Positions 35,399 through 44,573 are shown, counted from the first letter of the stretch. The stretch is 46,578 nucleotides of DNA from a virus (IMGVR_UViG_3300022670_000061:1-46578), one strand, 5' to 3'. Notes: generated by a model not told the origin, from the letters alone. Numbers and translations: made by a program.

Positions 35399-35628
35399 TG
35401 GATATTCCGATAACATTAATAATAGGTGATGATGTCATATTAGATATTACATTGCCGACTATACCTCATCAAGGGGATAACATAACAATAGCTAAATCAA
35501 TCTATAAGGTAGGCAGTACTGAATTTGTATATGATGAAGAATCTAGTACGTTTATAGTGTACTTAACAGTTTCAGTTCGTAAGGGGATTTCAATGGATAG
35601 ACCTAATCCAATACTAGGAGAAAGATAA
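35395..35628 (+). CDS. Hypothetical protein (77 aa)
   Basis: GAGGAG RBS; coupled overlaps with neighbours. Confidence 0.7.
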   Translation: MMDIPITLIIGDDVILDITLPTIPHQGDNITIAKSIYKVGSTEFVYDEESSTFIVYLTVSVRKGISMDRPNPILGER

Positions 35629-35864
35629 TGATTAGACGACCTGTAATAGAGGAAGATTTAAAACGGCAAGAAGAGGATGAAGGATCTACTCCTAACATTA
35701 AAATGGTGATATATTTTCTTAAGTGTTGTAAGACTTCATCCCAATGGCAAGCGTTTATTAATGTAGAGTTTAAACGATATGGGACACAGTCTTATGAATG
35801 CCACAAATACTATTATTGTAGTTCAGCACTTGTCAATTTATTAGCATATTCTTTAAAAGAATAG
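35628..35864 (+). CDS. Hypothetical protein (78 aa)
   Basis: AGGAG RBS; TAATG overlap. Confidence 0.65.
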   Translation: MIRRPVIEEDLKRQEEDEGSTPNIKMVIYFLKCCKTSSQWQAFINVEFKRYGTQSYECHKYYYCSSALVNLLAYSLKE

Positions 35865-35875
35865 AAAGCTTTACA

Positions 35876-36118
35876 ATGTTCAAGATATATAATATAAGAG
35901 GAACTCAGTACACGTATAGGAAGGTGTTTAATCACGGGACAGTAGGGACTCAATATAATTGGTTTTATCGTAATCATTTAGAACCGTTTCAAATAAAGTG
36001 TTCTACGCGGTATGTATCATCAAGGCGATTGAGCAGTGTCAGGGTAATGAAACATGGTGTTCGGGTTAATAGCTTCTTAAGTGTACGGGCTGCTCGTGAA
36101 TGGGCTAAGAAACAATAA
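35876..36118 (+). CDS. Basic hypothetical protein (80 aa)
   Basis: Fills the gap in the operon. Confidence 0.55.
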   Translation: MFKIYNIRGTQYTYRKVFNHGTVGTQYNWFYRNHLEPFQIKCSTRYVSSRRLSSVRVMKHGVRVNSFLSVRAAREWAKKQ

Positions 36119-36129
36119 AGGAAAAGAAA

Positions 36130-36342
36130 ATGAAAAATATAGGTTTATTTTGGAAAGGCTTATTAGTTATCTATTTGCTTCAAGTTTTTGTAGTTTTAGA
36201 ATTTAATCCAATATTGTGGATAACGCAAGTTAGAGAGACCACCGCGTTTATGATACTATTTTGGGTTATTGTATGCGGGATATTACATGTTATACAGGAA
36301 TGTGTGACTGCAACTAATTCAGAAGGAAAGAATCATGACTGA
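36130..36342 (+). CDS. Small membrane protein (2 TM segments)
   Basis: Two hydrophobic segments; AAGGA RBS. Confidence 0.65.
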   Translation: MKNIGLFWKGLLVIYLLQVFVVLEFNPILWITQVRETTAFMILFWVIVCGILHVIQECVTATNSEGKNHD

Positions 36343-36493
36343 AGAAATGTTGGAAGCGTTATTGGAAGTAATAGAAGCCAAAGTGATAGTAATGATCAGA
36401 GAAAATGATAGGGCATTAGGGACTGAAGAACTATCAAGATACATTGACTTAAAACAAGACTTTGTAGATACCTTTATATTTGGAGATGAGTAA
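36335..36493 (+). CDS. Hypothetical protein (52 aa)
   Basis: MTEEMLEALLEV...; AAGGA RBS; below the ORF-track cutoff. Confidence 0.6.
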   Translation: MTEEMLEALLEVIEAKVIVMIRENDRALGTEELSRYIDLKQDFVDTFIFGDE

Positions 36494-36894
36494 TGGATTA
36501 TTTGAAATGTAATGGTTGCGGGCAAAACGTCACATTGAATATTGCGGGATGGTGTAGCATATGTTTAAAGGCAGCAGAAGATAAACAAAAGGAATTTGAG
36601 GGAATTGATTGGCCTACCAGCCCTAATGATCCGCGAGTAAATTTAGTTTTAAAAGATCAAGTAGATGTTACTTATGAATGCAGACAATGCAGATGTGAGC
36701 GTGATTTTTACTTGCTAAGAGACTATCCCTCTCAATGCACTTGTATTGAATGCGGCGGCAGGATGCATGTAAGTTATATAGTCCCTTCCCATAAACGTTT
36801 TGACGCTTTCTTTATCACGTTCTTTAAAGTAGGGTTGTTAGTAGCCTTAGGTTATGGTGTTGCGTATATGATATTCATTAGGGGGATATTCTAA
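36493..36894 (+). CDS. Zn-ribbon membrane protein
   Basis: Four CxxC pairs and a C-terminal TM helix. Confidence 0.7.
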   Translation: MDYLKCNGCGQNVTLNIAGWCSICLKAAEDKQKEFEGIDWPTSPNDPRVNLVLKDQVDVTYECRQCRCERDFYLLRDYPSQCTCIECGGRMHVSYIVPSHKRFDAFFITFFKVGLLVALGYGVAYMIFIRGIF

Positions 36895-37046
36895 TGCCCA
36901 TTGAATGCAATTACTATGACCACAAGTCTGTTACCAAAATAAGACGTGACTGGAATCGCCATTATATAGGCAAAGGATGCCATAAAATTAAAGCGAATAG
37001 ATTAGCAGGTGAAAAAGCTAAAATGGGAAAAACATGTCCTTTTTAA
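36894..37046 (+). CDS. Hypothetical protein (50 aa, basic)
   Basis: MPIECNYY...; TAATG overlap; GGGGGA RBS. Confidence 0.5.
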   Translation: MPIECNYYDHKSVTKIRRDWNRHYIGKGCHKIKANRLAGEKAKMGKTCPF

Positions 37047-37075
37047 AGTATTTTCATTTTAATTGAAGATAATGC

Positions 37076-37104
37076 TTTACATCCTGATTGTTCCGTGATA
37101 TAAG
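37076..37104 (+). promoter_or_regulatory. Strong sigma70-like promoter, twin of 27362-27390
   Basis: TTTACA-17-TATAAG with TGn; shares CTTTACATCCT, GTGATAT and an 18-nt leader with the twin. Confidence 0.72.
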
Positions 37105-37149
37105 AGAATCATAATACAAACAGTAAAACAGAAAACAAGGAATTATCAA

Positions 37150-37443
37150 ATGGAAATGTATAAATTATATGAATTGGCTGATAACTGGTACAGTCTTGCA
37201 TATGAAGTACTTGAGCCACAATATAGTGAGACCCTTAATTGGGATGAAACTCTACTAGATACTTTAGAAGCGGCTTGGGATCATTTCCAACTATGGTTTG
37301 GTTCTAAATTTAAAAGGCACATTACTGATAAAGAATTTGATTTCTTTTCTATTTTGATTGAAGAGTATTACACTATTATCAAAGATGAGTGTGAAGATAT
37401 CTACTTACACCCTATAACTGAGTGTTATAGAAACGGACTATAA
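37150..37443 (+). CDS. Acidic, aromatic-rich hypothetical protein (97 aa)
   Basis: First gene after the promoter; AAGGA RBS. Confidence 0.7.
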   Translation: MEMYKLYELADNWYSLAYEVLEPQYSETLNWDETLLDTLEAAWDHFQLWFGSKFKRHITDKEFDFFSILIEEYYTIIKDECEDIYLHPITECYRNGL

Positions 37444-37467
37444 TTCTAACCAAACGGGAGAACTACA

Positions 37468-37653
37468 ATGAACAAGATATTCAACATGACTATCAAAATG
37501 GGTGCGGCTCATGATACAGTATCCATAGAAACTGATGCTGGTATGACCAAAGTGGACAGGAGTCATATGACCAAACGGGAGCGCTCTGATATGACTGAAT
37601 TGGTAGTGGATGCATATTCTGACCATTCCCATTATAAGCTGACACACAGATAA
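37468..37653 (+). CDS. Hypothetical protein (61 aa)
   Basis: GGGAG RBS. Confidence 0.65.
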   Translation: MNKIFNMTIKMGAAHDTVSIETDAGMTKVDRSHMTKRERSDMTELVVDAYSDHSHYKLTHR

Positions 37654-37835
37654 TGACTAATCAGCAGACAATCCGTGTAGCGTATGAAAAGGCGCTGCAT
37701 TTAATTCTTGAAAGCAGCGCTATTTGCGAAGAAGATGCTTCACGAATAGCATGTGATTTAGTAAGCATACGAATGGATAACATCCAGGAAAATGTAAAAG
37801 CACTGTTAGATATAATGGAGGAAACAAGGACATGA
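37653..37835 (+). CDS. Hypothetical protein (60 aa)
   Basis: TAATG overlap. Confidence 0.6.
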   Translation: MTNQQTIRVAYEKALHLILESSAICEEDASRIACDLVSIRMDNIQENVKALLDIMEETRT

Positions 37836-38098
37836 TTACAATTAGAATTCACAAGATAGACTTGATAGCGTTTATAGTAATGGGCTTAATGATTCTAATG
37901 GGTCTTAACCTGTATGTCTATAAAGAAGCCTATGTGAAAGCATTGGATGATCACAAGGCCACGCATGAACAGCAAGTAGATGATGCGCTATGGCAGGGGA
38001 GGGAAGAGAATTATCAGAGTATCACTAACTTCCTTTATGAAACTGAAATAGGCAAATGTATTATTGATGCCAAAGAAGCGGAGAAGTACAGTGGCTAA
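37832..38098 (+). CDS. N-terminally membrane-anchored hypothetical protein
   Basis: Hydrophobic residues 10-30; GGAGG RBS. Confidence 0.65.
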   Translation: MITIRIHKIDLIAFIVMGLMILMGLNLYVYKEAYVKALDDHKATHEQQVDDALWQGREENYQSITNFLYETEIGKCIIDAKEAEKYSG

Positions 38099-38723
38099 AG
38101 ATCAATCCATCATAGATAAGATCACAGCTCTTATTACCAAGTCCAAATGTGAAGGATGCACAGAAGCTGAAGCTCAGAGTTTTGCTGCCAAGGCGGCGGA
38201 GCTAATGGAGAAGCACGCTGTTGAAGAGCATGAGCTAGGGGGAGACAGACCTGATCATATTCAAAAGGACTATACTGTAAAGGATATAAATCCTTGGCGA
38301 AGACTCTTAATCCAAGGATGTGCTAAAGCGGCTTTCTGTGAATTGGTTACATATGGGGGATCTAAGGATGCTTCAATTGTAGGTCGTCCTCTTAATACTC
38401 AAGTTTGTATAGCCACATATGAGTTTATTGAAAAACAGGTTATACGAATTGCTAGGGAGTTGTTCCCAGGAGATACTAAGTCTGCTCGCAGGGCTGAAGG
38501 GGGCCTTGCTGAAGGAGTGCTTCATAAGCTATACAAAACTCAAACGTATAACCAAGAATCACGTTTGCCTGTCATACAAGAAAAAGAAGAAGTGTCAAAA
38601 GCTACTCATGTCATATTCCCTGAATTGCGGATAGTAGAATACAGGCAACCTAAAAGCACATTTGAGCATTTTGAAGGCAAGCGTAATGCAGACCGTATCA
38701 AAGTAAGAGAGGATATGCGATGA
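38091..38723 (+). CDS. DUF2786-domain protein
   Basis: IIDKITALI......TEAEAQSFAAKAAELMEKH; probable GTG start at 38091. Confidence 0.8.
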   Translation: MAKDQSIIDKITALITKSKCEGCTEAEAQSFAAKAAELMEKHAVEEHELGGDRPDHIQKDYTVKDINPWRRLLIQGCAKAAFCELVTYGGSKDASIVGRPLNTQVCIATYEFIEKQVIRIARELFPGDTKSARRAEGGLAEGVLHKLYKTQTYNQESRLPVIQEKEEVSKATHVIFPELRIVEYRQPKSTFEHFEGKRNADRIKVREDMR

Positions 38724-38905
38724 CTAAGATGCGACGCGATAAGGCCAAGAAGAAAAGCCGTATGCCTGTTAATGTCCGTGTTAGGATGCAACTCGTTAGG
38801 ACGTTGTTAAGGAGAGATATAAGCTTAGCGAGTAACCTGACAATAGATGGTTCAGTGGATCCTAAGTGTGATCATATGATATACAATAATGTAGATTTCA
38901 AATAA
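38720..38905 (+). CDS. Basic hypothetical protein (61 aa)
   Basis: ATGA overlap; GAGGA RBS. Confidence 0.55.
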   Translation: MTKMRRDKAKKKSRMPVNVRVRMQLVRTLLRRDISLASNLTIDGSVDPKCDHMIYNNVDFK

Positions 38906-38972
38906 GGCTTTACTTTCACACCCTACTATGATAAAAGAATAACATATAGCAATAATGGGAAGAAGATAATTC

Positions 38973-39518
38973 ATGAAACAACTTAGACACGCAATGATAG
39001 ATATTGAGTCCCGTGATATTATCCCTTCTGCTAAGATAGTGTCTATAGGGGCTGTCATATTTGACCCCCGCGCCAATAAGGTGAGCAAGGATACTTTCTA
39101 CAGCACTGTAGACCTGAAAACTCAGAAAGGTCGGACAGAGGGGAAGTCTACTCTTGAATGGTGGGATAAACAATCACCTCGTGCGCGTAAAGCTCTAAAG
39201 GGCACTGCCCAATTGCCTGACGTGTTAGAGGACCTCGCTTTCTGGCTACCTACTGATTGTAAGATATGGGGTAATGGGCCGAACTTTGATATGTGGTTCT
39301 TAGAGGATGCTTACAGATGGGCTGATATGGAATGTCCTTGGATTTATTGGAATATCCGTGATTGTCGTACTATAAAGGATCTGTATGAGTCTCGTCGTGG
39401 AGGCTATGGGGTAGTAACCAAAGAGCCAAGTCATAATTCTAGAGAAGATGCTATTCAGCAAACTAAAGACATATGCAAGATGTGGAATCAATTACTAGAT
39501 CCTAAAGGAGTAAGATAA
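38973..39518 (+). CDS. DEDDh 3'-5' exonuclease (ExoVIII/Rv2179c-like)
   Basis: MIDIES, SIGAV, TLEWW, WGNGPNFD, RDCRT and HNSREDA motifs. Confidence 0.88.
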   Translation: MKQLRHAMIDIESRDIIPSAKIVSIGAVIFDPRANKVSKDTFYSTVDLKTQKGRTEGKSTLEWWDKQSPRARKALKGTAQLPDVLEDLAFWLPTDCKIWGNGPNFDMWFLEDAYRWADMECPWIYWNIRDCRTIKDLYESRRGGYGVVTKEPSHNSREDAIQQTKDICKMWNQLLDPKGVR

Positions 39519-39766
39519 TGGTTATGCCTTATGAAAATAAACCTATAACGGATGATAGAATCAGGCCGGACATTGTCCCTTTTAAACGGCCTAAACCTAA
39601 GTTTGAAAAGACTAAGAGCAAAGGTTTTCTGGCATGGGTGGCTAGGTTAATTGGTAAGGGAGGGTATCATATGAGATTAGTGACCGGACCTCCTGAGCTA
39701 AACATTAATTGTAGATGTTCAATGGCTTATTCTAATTACGAGGTAAAGGAAGATGACCCTAGCTAA
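39518..39766 (+). CDS. Hypothetical protein (82 aa) with NCRC motif
   Basis: AGGAG RBS; TAATG overlap. Confidence 0.6.
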   Translation: MVMPYENKPITDDRIRPDIVPFKRPKPKFEKTKSKGFLAWVARLIGKGGYHMRLVTGPPELNINCRCSMAYSNYEVKEDDPS

Positions 39767-39956
39767 TGTGCATTGTAATGTTATAAAATGCGACCCTGAT
39801 TATATTATTATTGACGGGGGTGATGATCCAGATATACGGGTGCATACATCACATGTTTATGTCTACGGGAGTGACAAAAGTGAAACAACTCACTTAGTTG
39901 TTATGGAAGAACGCATAGCCAAGGAAATAGGCCTAGACTATATCGCTTCAAATTAG
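39753..39956 (+). CDS. Hypothetical protein (67 aa)
   Basis: Overlapping start; GAGG/AAGGA RBS. Confidence 0.6.
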   Translation: MTLANVHCNVIKCDPDYIIIDGGDDPDIRVHTSHVYVYGSDKSETTHLVVMEERIAKEIGLDYIASN

Positions 39957-39959
39957 GGA

Positions 39960-39988
39960 TTTACATTTTCACAAAATGGAGGTAAGCT
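39960..39988 (+). promoter_or_regulatory. sigma70-like promoter for the packaging genes
   Basis: TTTACA-17-TAAGCT. Confidence 0.6.
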
Positions 39989-40025
39989 GCTAGACATTGA
40001 ATTATTAAGTCTGAGAAAGCTTTAG

Positions 40026-40433
40026 ATGTCAGCTAAGCCGATAACAATAGAAGAGTTACGAGGGTACATTGAAGCAGGTGAATCCCCTGATCCTTTACTA
40101 TTTTTAGAAGCAATAATGAATGGACAAGACCCCCGCAACATATCAGAAGTTTATGAACTAGTTTGTGAAATTGATGATTGGAATGAAGGTGAAATAAACT
40201 TATCTGATTGGGGTGAAGTTGTAGAATGTATTCGTAAAAATTACAAGTACAATAAAGTATCCATAAGTGAATCCCATAGCGCGGCTGTTTCACTGGCTTC
40301 ATACCTGCATCCCAAACAGAAACAAGTAGAGTTGAGCGGGGGTGTGGCAACAGGTCATATTAATATTGCAGACTACCCGTTAACAGAAGAAGATATAGAA
40401 GTATTCAAGGAGAAATTCAATGATGAATTTTAA
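40026..40433 (+). CDS. Terminase small subunit
   Basis: PLLFLEAIMNG..AAVSLASYLHPK..VELSG; lies directly upstream of TerL. Confidence 0.75.
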   Translation: MSAKPITIEELRGYIEAGESPDPLLFLEAIMNGQDPRNISEVYELVCEIDDWNEGEINLSDWGEVVECIRKNYKYNKVSISESHSAAVSLASYLHPKQKQVELSGGVATGHINIADYPLTEEDIEVFKEKFNDEF

Positions 40434-41286
40434 TCCTAATTCTATAGACACTTACTCACGATGGTCATTTAATGAAAAACGTATGCTTAAATACATGTGT
40501 GAACAAGATGGCATGCAGTTCATGAGGTATTTCTTTAAGTCGCGCGAGGGTAGTAAGATGCTTTTAAACTGGCATCATTATGTTTTGGACTATATTCTCC
40601 AAGCTGTTTTGGACTGCAAGCTTAACCGAATTATAATTAATATTGCTCCTGGGTATACTAAGACAGAAGAGGCGGTATTACACTTCATCGCTAGGGGGTT
40701 AGCCTTAAATGCAAGAGCTAAGTTTATTCACGCGTCTTATTCAGGAGACCTTGCCCATAACAACTCATCACAAATAAAAGATATCATTGAGTCTTTTGAG
40801 TATCAAGAGCTATGGCCGATGCAGATAAGAAAAGACGCAAGCGGAAAGAAAAGATGGTTTACCCATGCAGGGGGTGGCATGATGGCTGCTCCAGCTGGTG
40901 GTCAGATTACAGGGTTCAGGGCAGGTCGTATGGAGTCAGGATTTACAGGGGCGTTTATACTAGATGATCCAGTGAAGCCTGATGATGCTTATTCTGCCCC
41001 TAAACGGTCAGCCATTAATACTCGTTTCAATAACACTATGCGCTCACGACTAGCCGTTGAGTGGAATCCATTTATAATTATCATGCAAAGAATCCATGAA
41101 GATGATCTTACGGGTTATCTTTTACGGGGCGGTTCGGGGGATATGTGGCATCATATTTCGATACCTACAATGTTTTCAGAGGAAATACTGGATGCGACAT
41201 ATCCCGAGGACTATACCCACGGAATACAAATCAAGTTGAATGATATATTAACTGCATTGCATGGGGGTCCGGCCTATGCTTTTTAG
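40420..41286 (+). CDS. Terminase large subunit, ATPase half
   Basis: NWHH, Walker A NIAPGYTKTE, GGQITGFRAG, Walker B FILDDP and MQRIHEDDL motifs. Confidence 0.92.
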   Translation: MMNFNPNSIDTYSRWSFNEKRMLKYMCEQDGMQFMRYFFKSREGSKMLLNWHHYVLDYILQAVLDCKLNRIIINIAPGYTKTEEAVLHFIARGLALNARAKFIHASYSGDLAHNNSSQIKDIIESFEYQELWPMQIRKDASGKKRWFTHAGGGMMAAPAGGQITGFRAGRMESGFTGAFILDDPVKPDDAYSAPKRSAINTRFNNTMRSRLAVEWNPFIIIMQRIHEDDLTGYLLRGGSGDMWHHISIPTMFSEEILDATYPEDYTHGIQIKLNDILTALHGGPAYAF

Positions 41287-42022
41287 TCATAATCAGATAC
41301 TAGACATTCCTAATTCGGTAGAGGTAGGAACTTCGCTTTGGCCTTATAAGCATGACATTGACCAACTGAGAGTTATTGAAGAAGGTGATCCCTATACCTT
41401 TTCTAGCCAGTATCAGCAAAATCCTAGCCCTCTTGGCGGGGGTATGTTTAAGGATAAGTATTGGAGCTATTATGATGTGCTCCCTACAGACATAACTGCG
41501 AGAAGAATGTATGGAGACACGGCTTCTAAAACAAAGGAGCATAATGACTGGAGTGTGTTTGAATATTGGGTTAGGTCACAGACTAAGGGTATTTTCTTAG
41601 TGGACTTAGTAAGAGGAAAATGGGAAGCTCCTGAGTTAGAATCTAAAATGGTTGACTTTTGGAATAAGCATAAGCCTACTCAGTTCAAGCCATATGGCGT
41701 TCAAGTAATGAAGGTGGAAGATAAGAGTTCAGGCACAGGATTGATACAGGGTATAAAGAAAGACTACATGATACCCATTGAAGGTATACAAAGGAATACA
41801 GATAAGGTTCTAAGAGCAATGGGTGTTATTAAATATTTTGCTAGTGGGTATGTTCATATCCCTAGAGAAGCTGAATGGCTGCATGATTTTAAAGAGGAGT
41901 TTAGAAAATTTACGCCACTAATGACACATAAGCATGATGATCAAATTGACCCTGCGATGGACGCAGTGGAAGACTTAATTATATTTGAAGATTCATTATA
42001 TACCGAACATGCACTCGGCTGA
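41276..42022 (+). CDS. Terminase large subunit, nuclease half (+1 frame relative to the ATPase half)
   Basis: LWPYKH, FSSQYQQNP, YGDTA, VEDKSSG and HDDQIDP motifs; ATG 41276 preceded by GGGGGT (alternative ATG at 41261). Confidence 0.9.
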   Translation: MLFSHNQILDIPNSVEVGTSLWPYKHDIDQLRVIEEGDPYTFSSQYQQNPSPLGGGMFKDKYWSYYDVLPTDITARRMYGDTASKTKEHNDWSVFEYWVRSQTKGIFLVDLVRGKWEAPELESKMVDFWNKHKPTQFKPYGVQVMKVEDKSSGTGLIQGIKKDYMIPIEGIQRNTDKVLRAMGVIKYFASGYVHIPREAEWLHDFKEEFRKFTPLMTHKHDDQIDPAMDAVEDLIIFEDSLYTEHALG

Positions 42023-42043
42023 TGATAGATAAAGGATAAAACG

Positions 42044-42586
42044 ATGAGTTCATTACGAAATGATTATAGCAGAATAACAAATAGTGAGTTGGGAGTGTTA
42101 ATACGTCCTGTATCTATAGACGGTACTTTAGGCGGTGATACTGATATGATGGTAGATGGCTCAAGTGTGCCTGTTAAGTTTTGGGTGCAACCTTTGCCGA
42201 CTACTAGATTTATAATAACACAAGCTTCCATAGAAATAAGTGATAACGGCAATCCCGAACTAGATGATTATGGGAGCGTTATGGGACCAATTCCTAACGG
42301 ATTGCAATTTTTCACAGAAATTGATGGAGTAGAAAACCTTTTCCCAACCCCATTAAAATCTAATTCAGAAATAATACAGCTATTTCCAGATATAGTTATT
42401 GTACCATTTCAAGGTTCTGTAATGTTAAGAACACATTCATTTGATGGGTTAGAGCATTCGCATTCTTTTATAGAGTTAAATGGTAATACTAATGATAAAT
42501 TCGGTGTAATAATTCAAGACGATTTTACAACATTGACTTGCCATAGCGTTGGTGTCAAGGGTAATATCAGAGCGGTAAATGTTTAA
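42044..42586 (+). CDS. Beta-rich putative virion accessory protein
   Basis: 180 aa; MVDGSSVPVKF motif; AAGGA RBS; lies between TerL and portal. Confidence 0.7.
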   Translation: MSSLRNDYSRITNSELGVLIRPVSIDGTLGGDTDMMVDGSSVPVKFWVQPLPTTRFIITQASIEISDNGNPELDDYGSVMGPIPNGLQFFTEIDGVENLFPTPLKSNSEIIQLFPDIVIVPFQGSVMLRTHSFDGLEHSHSFIELNGNTNDKFGVIIQDDFTTLTCHSVGVKGNIRAVNV

Positions 42587-42598
42587 GGAGAAATAAGT

Positions 42599-43138
42599 AT
42601 GTCAAGTTTACTAAATTCGTATAGAAAATTAACAGATGAAGTTAACCAAGGTGTGTTCAACACTGAAGAAATGTTGTTGTCGCAAGGTAGGGTATACAAG
42701 GGCAGTCAAATAGAACTTGTGCTAGGGGATGCCGCCGCTATTGACTTTGTTTTAAGTTCAGGTGATGACACAGTAGCCATTGCCGATATAATGATACAGA
42801 CCACATCTGAAGAAGTGTTAGTGGAATTTTTTGGTGGTCCTGTGTTTACTGTAGGAACACCTATTCCACTAGTTAATCAACTTGTGGGTAGTGTGAGACC
42901 TGCATTGGCGTCACTAGTATTGAATCCCACAATAACTGATGACGGTACGCTAGGCACTTCATCAATTATCCGAGGAGTGGCAGGACAAGGCAATAGAGAA
43001 GGATTTTCAGAAGGGGATGAAAGTTCGCTTAGTATTTTGGCTCCTAATACAGATATACTATTAAGGGTCACAAATCAAGGAGCAGTAGGCGTGGCTGATT
43101 TCAGTGTACGCATTGGTGAATTAGCAACTGTTATTTAA
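42599..43138 (+). CDS. Beta-rich putative virion accessory protein
   Basis: 179 aa; PTITDDGT and ILAPNTDILLRVTN motifs; AAGGAG RBS. Confidence 0.7.
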   Translation: MSSLLNSYRKLTDEVNQGVFNTEEMLLSQGRVYKGSQIELVLGDAAAIDFVLSSGDDTVAIADIMIQTTSEEVLVEFFGGPVFTVGTPIPLVNQLVGSVRPALASLVLNPTITDDGTLGTSSIIRGVAGQGNREGFSEGDESSLSILAPNTDILLRVTNQGAVGVADFSVRIGELATVI

Positions 43139-43148
43139 GGAACATATT

Positions 43149-44573
43149 ATGGAAAGAGCAGTTATAAAAATGAGAAAGGGACAAGGCCCTAATGATCCTG
43201 ATCTATTAATGGATGGGCTAGAAAACCTTGTAGCTCAATTAGGAACAGGGCAAGATAAACGTAATGCATCTAAATTTGTGAATGCTAAGCGGTTATCTGT
43301 TCAAGGCAACCATATAGAATTGAATGCCCTTTACCGTACTAATTGGGCAGCGGGTAAGGTTGTGGATATCATCCCTAATGATATGACCAGAGAATGGAGA
43401 ACCTTCAGTGGTGAGATAACCCCTGAACAAATTAAGATTCTTGAAGAGGAAGAAGATAGGCTACTCCTTATAAGCGCTTTTCGTCAAGCTCACAAATGGG
43501 CAAGACTATATGGAACCGCGTTTATAGTAATGTCTGTTGACGATGGTAATTTCCCAGAAGAACCATTGGATATGAACAGGGTTACTAAAGGGTCTTTAAG
43601 ACACATTAAGGTTGTAGATAGGCATAGGATTAACCATGCTGAGGTTATGCCTATTTCTGACCCACTAAATCCTTCATATGGCATGCCTGAATTCTATAGG
43701 TTCAATGAAACTTCTGTTAAGATACATTACACCAGAGTATTAAGATTTGATGGAGTACTGTTGCCGTTTGATGAATTCCGTAGAAACAACTATTTTTCCG
43801 ATTCGGTATTAGATAGAATGTATGATACTCTTACGAACTTCAGTACAGTTTCAGATAGTGCTGCGAGTATGGTTTATGAGACTAATGTAGATATCATGAA
43901 AATTAAAAACTTTATGTCTCAAATAAGCACTCCGCAAGGTGAAGAACTATTACGTAAAAGAATGACGTTAGCAGGGGTTCTTAAAAGTTTCAATAATATG
44001 TTGCTATTAGATACTGAAGAAGACTTTGAAACTAAGACTCAAACGTTTTCAGGGCTTCCTGATTTAATGGATCGTTACGGATGGCAGCTAAGTGCGGCGT
44101 CTGATATCCCTGCTACAAGGTTCCTAGGGCAATCAGCTAGTGGCCTAAATGCAACAGGTGAGGGCGATCTTAAAAATTACTATGATAAGATAGCAGCTGA
44201 TCAAGTCGCCGACTATAAGCCCCAATTAGATTACTTTGATCACATAATGGCTAAGAGTTTAGGTTTTGTAGATGATTCTGATTTATCTTATAAGTTTGAT
44301 CCCCTATTCCAAATGACCGAAACAGAAACAGCGGCTGTGGAATTAAGCAATGCCCAACGTGACGCGTTATATTGGGATAGAGATATAGTAACTGATGTGC
44401 ACATACTGAAAGATCTAAAACAAAATAATGTCTATACTAATATTAGTGACGAAGATATTGAACAATTAGAGGAAGAACCAGACAATGCCTTTGAATCCCC
44501 TAGTGACAACCCTGATACCGGAGAGCAGGAAGAAGAGACTAAAGAAAACCCAGAAGAGGGGGAAGATAGTTAA
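43149..44573 (+). CDS. Portal protein (DUF1073 family)
   Basis: LYRTNW.A.KVVDIIPNDMTR, WARLYG, IHYTRV and DIPATRFLGQSASGLNATGEGD..NYYD motifs. Confidence 0.93.
   Translation: MERAVIKMRKGQGPNDPDLLMDGLENLVAQLGTGQDKRNASKFVNAKRLSVQGNHIELNALYRTNWAAGKVVDIIPNDMTREWRTFSGEITPEQIKILEEEEDRLLLISAFRQAHKWARLYGTAFIVMSVDDGNFPEEPLDMNRVTKGSLRHIKVVDRHRINHAEVMPISDPLNPSYGMPEFYRFNETSVKIHYTRVLRFDGVLLPFDEFRRNNYFSDSVLDRMYDTLTNFSTVSDSAASMVYETNVDIMKIKNFMSQISTPQGEELLRKRMTLAGVLKSFNNMLLLDTEEDFETKTQTFSGLPDLMDRYGWQLSAASDIPATRFLGQSASGLNATGEGDLKNYYDKIAADQVADYKPQLDYFDHIMAKSLGFVDDSDLSYKFDPLFQMTETETAAVELSNAQRDALYWDRDIVTDVHILKDLKQNNVYTNISDEDIEQLEEEPDNAFESPSDNPDTGEQEEETKENPEEGEDS

Noticed and set aside
41284-41286. TAG stop-codon reassignment explaining the split TerL
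   Set aside because: The second half is in a different frame, and TAG terminates many intact genes normally; no suppressor tRNA was seen.
43149-44573. Portal as an anti-CBASS Acb1 protein
   Set aside because: DUF1073 portals are often labelled this way because of fusions; here the C-terminus is a short acidic tail with no 2H phosphodiesterase domain.
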